A stretch of DNA of 60,072 bases, counting the filler, from Sluysia triapertura (Eukaryota): assembly GCA_046118255.1 (NCBI GenBank). It is 5 parts of 5 records of this genome, joined end to end, with 100 filler letters (N's around TTAATTAATTAA, not from the genome) between each part and the next. Parts side by side here need not be neighbours in the genome. Positions count along the whole stretch, not along the records: positions 1 to 11,074 come from JBJNIA010189309.1; positions 11,175 to 24,507 come from JBJNIA010046125.1; 3 more parts are not named here. One strand, given 5' to 3'. The notes under the pieces are model-generated. The model did not search any database and had not been told where the DNA came from. It worked only from the letters and a program-made list of their open reading frames with translations. The position numbers were made by a program, and so were the translations under genes. The first letter of the stretch is position 1, and each line of letters begins with the position of its first letter. This document shows, piece after piece, positions 1 through 13,894 of this stretch.

Positions 1-3000
1 TTGAGTTTATCAAATACAGTTAGATTTTAAATATATTTTAATGCTTGAGTGAATATGAAGAAATTTTAAGTAAATTTTAGTGCAAATATATTAATGCGAA
101 ACCTTAATAAAAATAATCATGGAAATGTATCAAAAAAATTGTTCGTTTTGAGAAGTTAATTAACAAAATAGATAGATCCAACAATTGTGCGTCCTTTTTT
201 CTTTAGTGGATAAATCTTGATTAAAATTTTCTTAGATCCTTTAATCGCATGCCGAGCAAATTTGAATTTCGTTGATTTATTGAATAATGGTGTAACGCCT
301 GTCCCTCGTTGTAAAGTGTTGATCTTATTTATATATTTTTAACTTGTTTGAAATTTTACCGATATCCTTTCGTTGAATACGTAATTTATTAATAAATAAT
401 TTAAATTTCCATTTTTGAATATATGATTAATATTGTAAATAAATTCCTTTATTGAACAAATGATTAATTAACTGAATCAATAAATAATAGATTTGAAAAC
501 TTTGATTTTACATTAAGCTAAATGATTAATCACTTGAAACGAAAATGATTAATTAAACTTCAAAATTAAATAATTTAAGTTTATTAAAATTCATTTATAA
601 TTAATGCTTTTTTAATTTACAATATTCACATTCATTCTATCCTTACTTTTCTTTATACTATTTTCAAATTGGCCAGTGTATTATAATAAACACTTTTATT
701 TTTATTGTTAATTTGAAGTTCACTTAATTTCCAATATTTTAAATAAAATTTATAAGAAATTTTAATAAAATTCATTGCGAACAAATTGGAATTTGATCAT
801 CTCGAATTATATATATTATAAATCACAAGCTGAAGAGCCTCTAACTATTGCAGAATAAGAATTAAAATTGAAACGATATGCTTTAAGTCGAATATTTTGA
901 TAGCAAAAACGATTTTGGTCACAGGAACGCCCACTGTATGTTATAAGTCGCTCACTGGAACCAGAATGCGCTAAAATTTTATTATGTCATAGGTTAAGAA
1001 TTAAAAAAACCACAACATTAGACATACACAAATTAGCAGAAAATATAAGTGTAATAATGTCAAGTTAAAATTAAGTGCTAAAAGATTATCAAACATTAAA
1101 TGTTAAATTAAAATTATTATTATCATTATAATTATAATTATAATAATAATTATTATTTATGCATTCAATAAATCAATGTTTAATTTTCAAAACATCACAA
1201 ACTGTATCAAATTCACATTTCCACTAAATTCATATGGCCATTACTAAATGAAACACGAATTGAGCTAAACCATTAGCATGAAAGTAATATGTACTAGTTT
1301 CGTTTAGAGTACTACTTTGTAAACATTAGATTTATTTTTCATATGCAACCATTTTTTAAAAATGGGAAATATTTGCCATTAAAAGTTTTATAAAAAGTGA
1401 CCCTCAAGTCATATAGTTAAAAAATAATGAAATAAATAATAATAACAAAACAAACAGTAACGTTAATAATATAATAATAATAGTAATAATAATAATAATT
1501 TTAATGAAAATACAAAAAATAAATTATTTTAATTTATTTTAAATTTAATTATATAAAGAATGAAATAGAAATATTTCGACAAAACAAATTAATGTAATAA
1601 TAAAGTAATACAATCATTAATAATATCATTTTTAATTTAGATTTAATTTATGGAAATAATTTAATTAATCTTAATAAAACTAAATTTTAATATTTGATTT
1701 TAAGGTTTGAAAGAGCTTATAAATTGTTATGTAAATATCGAATAAGTTTTAATTTCTTGATATGTATTAAAAGATGGAAATTGAAGTTAATTTCGAGGAG
1801 TCATTAAAGTTTAATTAAATTAAATTTAAATTCAAAAATAAAATGTGAAATTTACAATAATATGTGTTAATGAAATATTTAATAAAATTTACTACAAATA
1901 ACTATGAAGTATTTATTATTCTATTGATAATAGATTCTTCGATTTATGGTTAATTTCTACATAAATATAAAACAAAGGAATTGCATTATGATGTTAATAT
2001 GACCAAATTCATCTATTCATTAATTGATAAGTTTCATCTCGTATTCTTTATATTTTGATTATATATTGTATTTTTTCACATTTCCTAATTTTAATGCATT
2101 TGAAAAATATTTCTTTCATAACTTTTAAACTGTTCTTTTGAAGCTACTTAGATTTATCACTTTATTTTATTAAGATTTATTTTAAATAATAAATTTTACC
2201 TTACAGTAATAAAAATAATAAATAACAATAATCATTACCGCCTACAAACTTCTCAAATATTTTAATTATAATTCAAAGTTTCACACATAATAAATAATGT
2301 ATATTAATTAATTAAAATATCTAAACAGCCAATCGTAATCTTAGATTATAATATTTTATTCGAAAAATAAACAAAAATAATCAATTATTTATAAATATTA
2401 ATTGATTACCAAATTAAATTATACAATTATATGAATGTTAATAATTACAATTTTTGATTTATTTAATGTTAGTAACTAAATGAGAGATTTAAATGATACT
2501 TTATTTGACAAACCAATCATTTTCGAGTAGCCAGCAAATAAAAGTACTTCATTAATGCTGCATTACTTTTCGAATTATTTATATAGTGAAATTTTCTACT
2601 TAATGTAGTTTTTAATTTTTAAAAGAAATTTAATTTTTCCCGCAGTATTTATAAGCGAAACCAAAAACAGTTTATGAAGTCATATCTCGATTTAATACCA
2701 ACTTTATACATTTTCACCAATCAATATTTTTATTATTGCCAAAAATAAAATTAAATAATGTAATATAATTAAAATATGACATACTGTAAATGTAGAAAAT
2801 AATTCATTCAAGATTAATGATTAAATTATTTATTTTTACACTAAATATGCATTTGGTATTTAGAATGGCTGTCTAGTTTATATAACTATAACTATATAAA
2901 TAAAATATAAATTAACAATGATAATTCTTATTATTTACAATTATAGTTTTTAAATTTAGTAATTGTATAATATTAATATATTAAATTTTGTTTTTTAGTA

Positions 3001-3619
3001 AAATAACTTAAGTATAGCAGGCCAATATTTCTTAAAAACCTTGTTTATTGTTATATTTCTTTTAATGCCATAAAATAAGAAAGACGAAAGATGTCAATAA
3101 ATCGAGTTATGACTGTATTTTATAATTATATTTGAGTTACTTTATATCAATGAAATCTTTAAGATCTTACAATTCTAAATGACATTAATCTGAATCTGAA
3201 CAACAGATATAAATTAACTTTGTCAATTTGTGACTGTTTTTTCTTAAAGTTATTCTTGACCCATTCGCAAAATATTAAAGAAAAGTTTTGCCTGTAGTAG
3301 ATATCTAATAACCGAAGACAGCTCAGTTTTAAATTAAGTATTAAAATAATTGGAAAATTTATGAATTATTTCATTAAGTTTTCATTCATAAAAAAGCATT
3401 CTTTACTGACTATAGAGATTTCAATATTTAAATTTGCATTTTTGTTTTTGTAAGTTTTGTTTTTACAATTTATGAATCAATTTCAATTTCCACGAAAATA
3501 AAATTATAAATTAGTTTGATTGATTTAATGGTCGTAGTAATTATTCTTAAGACTAATTCCAGTACAAAGAATAAAATAATTTTGTTTGAAGAGAAGTTAA
3601 ATCACAAAATAAAGGATAA

Positions 3620-4568
3620 AAGTGGTGCCTCTACTTCTGGAAGTCGCTTTGTAACGTGACAATTTCGTAATTAAAGCCCCTTTTTCCTTGTAAATGCCCT
3701 AATCGGTTCCAAGCCTCCAAAATTCAAACATAATTGTTTTATAAATTATAAAATGCAATAAATAGATGCTTGAATTAGATTATTGCACAATAAGCATAAA
3801 AATGAGAGTTATACATTATGTAAATAATGAAAAAAGAATCATGAATTAAAGTTTTATTCTATCACAATTTTAACAATTAAACTCTTGTTTTAAGTGATAT
3901 TGTCATTACTTTTCGCTTTCTTCGACTCAAGTTCACTATCAGTAGGGTTACTGCCTGACGTGATCCAAAGACGTTTGGTTTCGAAAATATGCAAGGCAAA
4001 CATCATAATAGTGAGCGATTGCCCGACTTGTGAACAGTTTTTCTGAGTGATTCATGGAATTTTCCTAAAATATCTTTATTTTGATTGACGGAATAATGGT
4101 ACTTGCCTTTTCGCAAATTATGGTCTCCATCTATCCATACAAGGTCATCGCAAACCTTCTCTTCGAAATGACAAAGTGACCTTTGGAATGGGTCACAGCT
4201 TTTTGGGCTTCTTTTTGTTTTAATATCTTACCTATTGTAGATGGATAAAGGCCATATTCTTTAGTAGATCAACCAAACGCATTCCTTTTTCGTACTTTTC
4301 TATTATCTCTTGCTTTTTTTGTATGGACAAAACATCTCTCCTTTTTCCACCACTTTCTTGGGATCCGTAGTTATTAAAAGTGTAACAAAATTTGACAAAT
4401 TTAGATCTTTATTAAAATCTGAAAACTCAAATATTTAAACAAAATCAAGTAATAAGTATTTTGAAGTTTTCACCTTTCCTTTCGTGAAATGTCTTTTGTA
4501 ACCCGAGGTAATATTTTTCCGAGGAGGCGTTTCGTGTGTAGATCCTTTCATAAGTAGAGGTACCACTT
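3620..4568 (-). mobile_element. Internally deleted Tigger/pogo DNA transposon
   Basis: Imperfect TIRs: AAGTGGTGCCTCTACTT at ~3620 and AAGTGGTACCTCTACTT (reverse complement) ending ~4568. The minus strand encodes a frameshifted CENP-B-type HTH (KRRDVLSIQKKQEIIEKYEKGMRLVDL..STIGKILKQKE..ETIICEKA) joined to a TIGD1-like tail (HSEKLFTSRAIAHYYDVCLAYFRNQTSLD). The DDE core is missing. Confidence 0.85.
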
Positions 4569-5640
4569 ATTACTTTTATTACTTTTATTTTCCCAAATTA
4601 TTAAATTAGAAGTCAATAACTAAATAAATTCAAAATCTCGATATATTCGTTATATTATCACAAAACTACAAGTAGAATACATATAAATTATGACAATACA
4701 AATTATTCTTTATAACAATGACAGTTCAACTTATTCTTTATAAAAAGGTAAATTATTCTTTAAAGACAAATTACAACCAGGAGTGACATAACTTATTTAA
4801 ACTTTAGCACCCGTATCAATGCAAAATATAAACAATAAGAAATGTATTACTAATCATTGCTTAAAAATATGAATTATTTTAGTCAATTGCTAAAGAAATG
4901 ACTTTGGTTTCACCGTTATCCACTGATGGATCAAAGCAGCTTCCCTACAGTTAAAAAGTTTTCTTAAATTGATTTATCTTGACTCTGTATTATTCTCGCG
5001 TTTACTTCTGTTTTAATTGCAGAAATGTAACTGCTTATATAGCAATTTCATGGCAATTAATGAAATTAGAAAAGCAAAAATCGAACAAGATGGAAATCAA
5101 AGCTGTCGATTTTCTTTCAGTTGGCAATAAGCCGACTAATTTCGACGATTAAATGTCGACAGCAATTTTCGTCTTTGTTCAACAATCACCTTATCCTCTC
5201 AATATTACTTAATCAAAATTTAAAATATTGTCACATTGATATTATAATTATAACGCAATTTGTCAACTTAATTTATCAATAGAATTAATGAAATAATAAA
5301 TTCATTTCTCACAGGAGTATTCCGCACATTAGCATCTTCACAAGCATTAATTTGATATATATTTTATTAGTACTTAGACGTAGGAAATATTTAACTTTAA
5401 TTTTAAATTACAAAAATCAATTAAAATGACGAATTTTTACGTTATTCACGTTGACGCGCTTCGCAATACTTCATCATTAAAATCAACAATAAAACCCAAC
5501 TTATGCACCAAAGTCAGCATCATTATATCATGAACAAACATTTCCATGGAGTCATCAAATTCAACAAATCTTAATTAAATCAATTAAGAAATGTACTTTA
5601 ATATTTTAACAAATAAAAGCTATTAAAGGGTTATTTCTTC

Positions 5641-5838
5641 GTATTTCTCATTATTTTATTTCGATTTAAATATTTTATATGCTTCTCCTACCATTTCAGT
5701 TCATCATCTCGCCTCTTCTTAATTCTTTAATAATATTTAACTTATTCTGTTATCCCTAGTCATTACTCTTACATCTACCCTCTTCCTTCACCAGTCCCAA
5801 CATATCTCCGTTCGCCAAGAAGTCCTGTCCTCAAGGAC
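5641..5838 (-). mobile_element. Gypsy-like LTR fragment with upstream PPT-region junction
   Basis: Minus strand reads CTTGAGGACAGGACTTCTTGGCGAACGGAGATA then TGTTGGG (TG at 5802). Homology to the 10016-10163 copy stops exactly at this TG/CA. AATAAA lies inside on the minus strand. Confidence 0.6.
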
Positions 5839-6673
5839 TATAAGCAATTACCTATATATACATAGACAAACAAGGAAAAGAAATTAAAGATGAATAATTT
5901 ATCATCGCATTTTGTTACAATGTTTGATAACAATAAAAGAAACACTGGGGCTTCATATAAGTTAGATATTGGCGCATCATTGCAGTACGACTCTACACAC
6001 GTCCTGGAACCTATATTTCATAAAAAAGAAGAAAAATACATAAACATAAAGTTTACAGAGAATTTAATATGGTCAATTGAATTATATTTAAAATTTTATT
6101 AATTTGTGAAGTTTATGCGTACGTAAAAACGTAAAATTACAAACTTTTAATTAACAAATGTACTTGTTTTTTCCACTAATGACTCCATTTGTGTAGTGAT
6201 CATAATTGTTTCCCGATTATTATGTTCAATGATTTTAATCGATTTTCTAGAAGTTGGCGTGTCTTTTGTCTTTTACTTACAAATGGACAAAGACACCTCA
6301 TAAATTTGACATGCGTTCTCTTTTGCAATTAAATTTCATCAATTTTAAATTTCATATGTGGGATTAATTTAGCTCAAAATTTATCAAATTACTTCCCTTC
6401 AATTTAATAGGTTAATAGGTTTTATGTATATATTATAAAGCTGCCGTTTTTTATTTAGCAGCTTCAAATGAAGGTAAATTACTTTGTGGTGAAGATATAG
6501 CTTACCTTTACACATAATTTATTTGTCTTTCTTTTTTCTTTAATTTTTATTATGCTTAGTGTCTTGTCTTACAGATTCTTATAATCTTCTATTACGCATA
6601 AATTTTCACATTCACTTACACATACACATACAGATTCATTTACGTGACAATAATTATACGTATATTTTTTTAG

Positions 6674-7125
6674 ATTACTGAACAGAAACTCATGGAGTTG
6701 ATCAACACCAAAGAAGAGGAGAAACAAGCAAGAAATTTAAAAGAACGAAAAGAAAAATGTAGGTGTGCAGAGGCTGCGGACTTCATTTTAAAGAACCTAC
6801 CTCACATTCCTAGTGAAAAGAAGGTGAGAAGATGTTAGAAGAGAGTAATTATTACTCTACGCAAGCAATTCAATACTGAATTGTGTCTTTTTGGCGGAAA
6901 CAAGATTACAGTTTTCGTAAGATGAAAGGAAGGACAAGAACAATGAACATTAAAAACACAATCACTTCTACATTAGCAAAAATGGCGCAAGGTGAGGAAC
7001 GTACAAAGAATAAAATAGAAATCGACTACAAAGGCCATCAACTCAGTGGCTTGGTGAAAGAATACCATTTTGCTGCGAATAATGCTTATTACGAGGCTCG
7101 GGGAATTATTTCCAGAAAAGTTTAA
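6674..7125 (+). pseudogene. Disabled terminal exon of an unknown gene (possibly a transposon accessory protein)
   Basis: Polypyrimidine-AG acceptor, then ITEQKLMELINTKEEEK... with one stop and one frameshift into ORF 6883-7125; less AT-rich than flanks; family not recognised. Confidence 0.4.
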
Positions 7126-8129
7126 ATATTCCATATATGATACTATTTATATATATTATTTGGTGTTTTAGTTTTTTATATTTATAATAGACTTTTATGT
7201 TGTAATATTTTTTTAATTTGTAAGAAATGTCTTAAACTTTAAAGAATTTTTTAAAAAATACTTGCTCAATTTTACAGGTTTAAATTTTTCAAATTTTAAA
7301 TTTAAAAAATTTATCTCAAAAGTTTGCTCAAAAAATTTTTTAATTTTAATTGAATTCCTTTTTGGTGTTTTTGTTACTACACCTTAATTTAGTTATTTTA
7401 TTTTATTGTTAAAATGCTTAAATTTAATGAGTTTAGCCTAAAATAACACTTTTATTTTATACTTTAACAATAAAAATATTTTCTCACTTTTAAAGATTTT
7501 ACTTTTTTGATGTATATTTTCAATTATTCTAATTTTTCAAACTTTTCACAATTACATCTAAAGGTACTCGATATATATCTTAATAAATTAGCACAATTAA
7601 TAATTAATTTTTGACAAAAGGGGACGATAAAATTCAAATATTTTAATATATTTTTGCCAAAAAAAGGAACAGAATAAAAATCAAATTATATACATAAACA
7701 CATTTTCTTATTTTGTATTTAAAAATTAACCTGGTATATATATTTTAAAAACACAATATACTAAGGTTTCCTTAAAATGGACCCAAAATTAAAAATAAAA
7801 ATCAATATATCCGATTAGTAATCAACATTACAAACTTTTTCAACATTATACAACGCCAAAAAAGTTAAAAAATAAAAATGAAACTCAAATTTATTCTATC
7901 AATTATAAGATAAAATGCATAAAAATTAATTATAGTATTAAATAGACAGATATACAGATAAACAGTAAAAATGTATTGTGTTTAGACTACCAGAAAGTTA
8001 AAATAAAATTTAGTTGATAGAATCATAATCATAATAATCACAAACATCAACAACCATCTCTCCAACATAAAATCGAAAATTTGTGATTATAATTGATGTC
8101 TGTGATAAAGTGACAGATAGTTACAATAT

Positions 8130-9652
8130 AGATGGTAATAGTGGAGGTGGCTTACGTGATGCGTTTATTTTATCTGAACACTATCATTTCCTCCAACAGA
8201 ATCTAAGGTAATCTTAACATCATCCTTTATTACTTGACCTTCATCGATTTATTTTTCATGAATTGTTGTCTCAATTTTGCCATCATCAATTGTAATATGC
8301 TTTTTAGTGCTACTTTCAAAAGTTTTCAAAGTGACACAACTATTCTTTAATAAAATTCATAATATTATCACCTTGATAAATAGATATTGTTCCAGAACCT
8401 TGAATAATTGCAGTTTCATTGCCTACATTATCTCTATTCTCTTCATTTAATTCTAAATCTGAAACATGAAACTTGTTTATTTACCTTTTTCATCACTTTG
8501 TCTGTGACCATTTTGAATATTAGATGTTTCAGGCGTAGCAACTTTTAAATCGGGACTTCCTTCAGTGACTTCCACAGATTGCTTTGACTGTTGAGATTGG
8601 TTTAATAATAGTGTCTTTATAATTGGTTTAAAATAGTTAATGAATATAATGGTTCTAAAGTGTGCTTACCATATACTAGTGGCATCAGTGACATAAAATG
8701 AACGGTTACCAACCATATACCAGATGATAAAATGAACATCACCATTGCTAACTTGACATAAAATTTTACTATCACTAGGGTTAATATTAAAATAATTTAA
8801 ATAATGTTTTTTGAGATTATATAAGGACAATCATAACAATATACTTATCAGTTTTTGCTGGGTTTAGACAAACCAATCGTAGCAGTAGAAGCAGTTCCAT
8901 CGACATTCTTCCGAGAATATTGACACTGTGATTCTTCCTGGCAGTAGCTAGTATCGCTCCTTTTGCCATTAGAACCGGATTTTTTATCATTATTTACTGC
9001 ATTAGCATGCTTTGATGTTGGTTTTAATTTCTTTAGTTTTCTAAAGGATTGATGCATAGATTTTCTAATTTGTTGACCTACAATCATAGAAAGTTGTGTA
9101 TCGCAATTCCAAGGTTTTATTTCTGATTCGTCCTTTTCGTTGATTTTTTCTTCATTCGATGTTTCTGTTTTTATGTTTTCCAAATACCGTTTCTTTAAAT
9201 AACCGCAAGATAAAATCGGATCAGAAATGCAGAATTCTTTAACTATATGCCATTTGTGTACTAGCACAAATTTACAGCTTGAATCTGTTTGTTTCATTAA
9301 AAATGTATAGTAATAAGAATTATAAATGTAATTGGATTTCAAGGAGAGTATCACTTAATTTTGTCATTATCTGTAACATCAACATATTTATCTTCGTGAA
9401 ATTCATAATGACAGATGCTTCTAAATTCATCTACAAAATCAATTTGTCTTCATTTGTTAACCAACTGTAAATCGATGTGTGACATTTTTCATATTTTCTG
9501 ACATCTTTAATTGTATGATCAGGTGATGTAGAATAGATCGCTATATAAAAAAATAACAAATATTATTATCAATATACATTTCCAGCTTTGTGAAATGGAT
9601 CATTAGCATGCAAATAGTAGCCTCTAAACAGAAAACTGTTGTACATGAATAC
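8130..9652 (-). pseudogene. Multi-exon orphan pseudogene with short introns (includes ORF 8848-9354)
   Basis: Coding-like blocks bounded by AG/GT signals on the minus strand (e.g. short intron at ~8458-8485), interrupted by stops and frameshifts; K/S/E-rich; family not recognised. Confidence 0.45.
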
Positions 9653-10015
9653 CTATGATAAGTTACAATTTTATTAATATTGTATATTACTTCTAAATCA
9701 TAAGCTTAATTTGTTCAAATGTTATTTAATTTATTTCAATCGACAAGCATTTGGACTCGTTCTGGAATATAATTAGATTTACCAGGTTTATTAAATAAAA
9801 TTTACAATTTTAAAGTTAAAATTTAAATCAAATTTAATTAAATAGACAGAATTCTGTCTTACATTTCATTCATTCAAATAAATTCCGCTAAGCGGAAGTT
9901 CATTAAATTGGTACAATTAAATTGGTAACTATTAAATTGGTATAATGATATTAATAATAATAATATAAAATTATAATAAGTCTAAATAATAATATGGATA
10001 GACAAAGTTCTTTGT

Positions 10016-10163
10016 GTATCTCATTTTATTTCGATTTAAATATTTTATATTCTATCCTACAATTGCAGTTTATCATAACGCCTCATCTTTAATAATGTTC
10101 AACTTATTCTGTTATCCTTAGTTTGACCTTTACATCCATCCTCATCCTTCACCAATCCCAACA
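10016..10163 (-). mobile_element. Second diverged copy of the same LTR fragment
   Basis: Aligns to 5641-5802 (TTTTATTTCGATTTAAATATTTTATAT...AACTTATTCTGTTATCC...CCTTCACCARTCCCAACA) and ends at CA. Confidence 0.65.
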
Positions 10164-11002
10164 AGACCTTGCATTGGAAATGCGATTGTAATTATATATT
10201 ACACCTTGTATTCATTTTATTTTATTAATAAAGTTTTCGTAGTTATTTTTGTTTAATTTGAGATACTAACCATTTTTAGTAACTTCCACTATTAAAAAAT
10301 AACATTTTTACGCAAGAGAGATTTATGCGATTAAAATATTTACTTAGATAAAGTATTTTTATACAGTTTAAATTTATTTCACGTAATTTTGACCCTGTTA
10401 ACTGTACCGTCACATTCGTAACAAAAGAAGAATTTGTTCTTTTAAGTGCATAGGAATTTCTTTTACAAACAAAATCTTGAAGCAATGTCATCTCCGTATT
10501 TAAGCCGTTGACTTCAAGCGAACCCGTAAATTATATTTATACTTTCTATAGTATAAGATATAAAAATTCAATAAATAAGTCGAATTTAAAATCGATGATT
10601 CGCAAAACCGTTCTGTATGGGCCAACCAAATTTTATCTCATTGTGTCATTTTATGTTCTGGTACATCTGGCTGACAGAACATACTTTTTTAATCTTAAAC
10701 AAAATAAAAAATGTTTATTGTTACCTGTTTTAGTATCCTCTTGGTTTTTATTTGATAAACAATTTGAAATTAGTCCGTATTCTTGTAAATAAATTTAGTT
10801 TTTATAGATTGATAAATAAATTAGTTTTTAGTCTTTATTTTAATTATATATTAATTCATTATAACTCAATGTAAATAAGATTCTTTATAAATATTCTTTA
10901 TAAGATTCTTTATAATCATTCATAACCCTATTCTCAATTTTAATAATAACTTAACACAAAACCAAAATCTTCTCTCTACAATTATATTATTTGATCATTC
11001 TT

Positions 11003-11004
<2 letters not shown>

Positions 11005-11074
<70 letters not shown>
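11005..11074. repeat. (ATT)n microsatellite at contig end
   Basis: Pure TAT run up to the linker. Confidence 0.95.
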
Positions 11075-11174
11075 NNNNNNNNNNNNNNNNNNNNNNNNNN
11101 NNNNNNNNNNNNNNNNNNTTAATTAATTAANNNNNNNNNNNNNNNNNNNNNNNNNNNNNNNNNNNNNNNNNNNN
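11075..11174. other. Artificial contig linker (N44-TTAATTAATTAA-N44)
   Basis: 100-nt spacer with a six-frame stop 12-mer at 11119-11130; same design as three other spacers. Confidence 0.97.
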
Positions 11175-11564
11175 TGTTTGTTGTTGGATTATTGTGAATG
11201 TCGAGTACATGTTTTTGGTGGATTAGTTAATGTAAATTGGTAATGTTGGGTTTAATTGTGATTTGGATGTTGTGGGATTGTGTATGTAGATTGATTTAAA
11301 CAAGTATGTAAAAGATGAATATATAATTGTTAAAGTATGATAAAAGGGAAGAAACGATATTAATGTTTTTATAAAATTTTAGTGGTTGTAAAGGTTGTCA
11401 CTATATTATTTTGATCTAAAAATGTTAGCAAAATGATTTTATTAGACGTCTGAGATTTTATAAAGATGAGTGTTGTAAATGATGTATTACAGTCTAATTT
11501 TTGTTTGTGTCGTTGAGTGTTATGATGATGTGATGTGTAGGTAGGTGTAAGCTGGGCCACCACA
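11175..11564 (-). mobile_element. LTR-like terminal fragment (TGTGGTGG family)
   Basis: Minus strand starts TGTGGTGGCCCAGCTT at 11564; strongly C/A-skewed; 11175-11300 is homologous to 39380-39500. Confidence 0.55.
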
Positions 11565-11565
11565 G

Positions 11566-12082
11566 GATGATCATATCGAACAAAGTCGTGTGTATTTTTC
11601 GGAAGTTAAGTTGAATGAACAACCACACGCAGAACTAGAGTTATCTATTGTTGTCATGATAACAACTCTTCGCAGACGTCTCATATTTGAATATTACCGG
11701 CATAATATGTCAAAAGTGTACACTGTATGTCAATCGCAAAGCCGTGAATACTCTGTTAGTTACTACCTTATTCTTTCTGTTAATTCTCCTTTATTGCTTT
11801 ATGTTTATTCAAGAAATCTGTACAATTTAATTGATAATATTTTTAAATCGAAAAGATGTGATTTATGATAGGGATATAAATCCTTATCTTATAATTGTTG
11901 ATAGGAATAGGCTGATTGTTAAAGCAATTGATTTCAGTCTTACGTGTGATAGTATGACTGCATTTCACTTATCTATGAAGAAAGTTACGTATCAAATGTT
12001 TCAATTTTATGAAGCAATTTTAATGTTTGCTTTTTGCAAGACACTGAATTTAAATTTTGCATTTTTCCTGGCTTCTATTTAA
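11566..12082 (+). pseudogene. Diverged intronless Ser/Thr kinase remnant, PIM-like
   Basis: HIEQSRVYFSEVKLNEQPHAELEL resembles PIM1 [23 protein letters not shown]. After a frameshift, YDRDINPYLIIVDRNRLIVKAIDFS resembles the HRDIKxEN...KLIDFG catalytic segment. The 5' end is cut off at the 11564 terminus. Confidence 0.55.
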
Positions 12083-12799
12083 CAAAATTGTATCAATGGC
12101 ATCGAAGTCATTTCATGTTTTTCAACAATTATTTGATAATTAACACTCAGAATGATAATACAACATTAGAAAACTATTTTTAAGGTGTGGAGGGCTTTTT
12201 GAGCTTTACTTTTAATAAGTTATTATTACTTTTATTTTAAAGTTTGTATTAAAAAATTTAAAAATTTAACTAAATTAAAACAATTTAACTTTAATTTCGA
12301 AACATTTAACCAACCAGAATTAATGCCTGTAAAAATTAACAATTTTTAAACATTAACAGAGTTTAATACTTTTATTAACAAAGAATAAAACATTTGAAAT
12401 ATATATATAGCAGCAAAGTAACGATGTATGTCTAGATTTTATTTCCTTCTTTTGCAACAAATTGTACTAATGCTGAATTTCCGGTTTCATACATTCTAAT
12501 AATATAAGCTTCAGCATCAATGTTTATTTTGCGTGATACATACAATATTGAATATTTAGTTTCATGAAAAAGATATTAACTATAACAATGAACAATTCAC
12601 CTGTATTAGATGTTGATTGTAATTCAACATACTTTGTATAAACTGATGTGAGCAAACATACTTCCCAATATTTATAAATAAATCCACTAAAAAACAATTT
12701 GACGAATTATTAGTTGGAAAACATGGATTCAAATTTATATTCATGGTAGTGTACGTAACAGGTTTGTACGATGCTAAATCAACTAGTTCAGAATTACCA

Positions 12800-12849
<50 letters not shown>
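12800..12849. repeat. (TAT)n microsatellite
   Basis: Pure triplet run; source of the poly-Tyr ORF. Confidence 0.95.
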
Positions 12850-12850
<1 letters not shown>

Positions 12851-12929
12851 ATTGCAAACTATTCTTATTACACATTATTAGTAATCATTATGATAAATAT
12901 GAAATATCGCATAACATTTCTAACTGAAA

Positions 12930-13894
12930 TAATTATAATAATTATAGTAACTCGGTAAACAAATGTATTGAGTGGATGTTCTAGTATGTACATCAGACAT
13001 AATGAATCAATGTTACAGTCAATAAGCATTTGAAATACTTGGCCTCGATCTAAATTGACAAGATGGTTAATAAGTTCCAATATAGCTAATCTAGAACTTT
13101 TCCCGCTACTTTTGCATTTTCTATATCTTCTCTTAGGGTATCTGCTTCTCTGCATTGTCTAATAGAGTTCAATATATGAATTAAGGCTTGAAAACATTTT
13201 AAAGAGACCGGCTCGTTATCAATGCCCAGTGAAGCTTTGGATAAAACTTTTCCAATTAGATCTCCTGACGAAAGCCACTTTAAATATTCGCTCAGTATAA
13301 GACTATTTTGAGGAAATGCTTTAATATATTTGAGCAGAAATTCAATAACCGAATAATTAGATATGTATTCAATTAATCTGTTGAGTATGCATGACGTATT
13401 AATTAAAAAAATGAGCATCTTTTTACCACACTGATGAGAAAGCATTTTGGCCACTTTTAGCACAAGGCTGCATGTTACTAAATTTATAACATATGGACTT
13501 GGTTTGATCAGAATCATCAAAACTATTGCTACTTTTTACAAGTGAAGTGGATGATCTGAGTAAAGGATTAAACAATATTTTCAAATATTTGTGATCTTCA
13601 GCTTGACATAGTGCTTCATAAACATTACTGACAAATGAAGAAAGAATTTCTGGTATTGTATGTTGAGGCCCAAAGTATATTAATCCATTAACTTGTGGTT
13701 TGAGCGTTTCAGTTAAAATATAAAGAATTGCTGTCAAATTTTCATCTTTAAGTAAAAATTCTAATAATGATTCAATCAGTGAATGAACTTCTGAAATTAA
13801 TGAAGTATATGAAAGAACTTCTTCTAATGTTACATTTTCTTTATCGAGTAAAACACTCAAATCAGAGGATTCATAAGTTTGTTTTTCAAAACAT
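12930..13894 (-). pseudogene. Intronless, diverged SAPS-domain (PP6 regulatory subunit, PPP6R-like) pseudogene
   Basis: ATG at 13894: MF*KTNL[fs]ESSDLSVLLDKENVTLEEVL resembles PPP6R [27 protein letters not shown]. It continues through ORFs 13423-13860 and 13086-13520 (YLKWLSSGDLIGKVL vs VLNWLNEEKIIQRLV) and 12868-13155 (SRLAILELINHLV...HPLNTFVY vs TRLNVIRLISSLL...YTWNNFLH). Several frameshifts and an internal deletion. Confidence 0.8.

Noticed and set aside
11119-11130. TTAATTAATTAA palindrome as a biological site
   Set aside because: Embedded in N runs of fixed length four times; an assembly linker
12743-12958. ORF with poly-Tyr
   Set aside because: Translation of a (TAT)n microsatellite
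13886-13888. TGA at a conserved Trp as evidence for an alternative genetic code
   Set aside because: The same gene has frameshifts, and intact exons elsewhere use TGG for Trp; a simple nonsense mutation explains it
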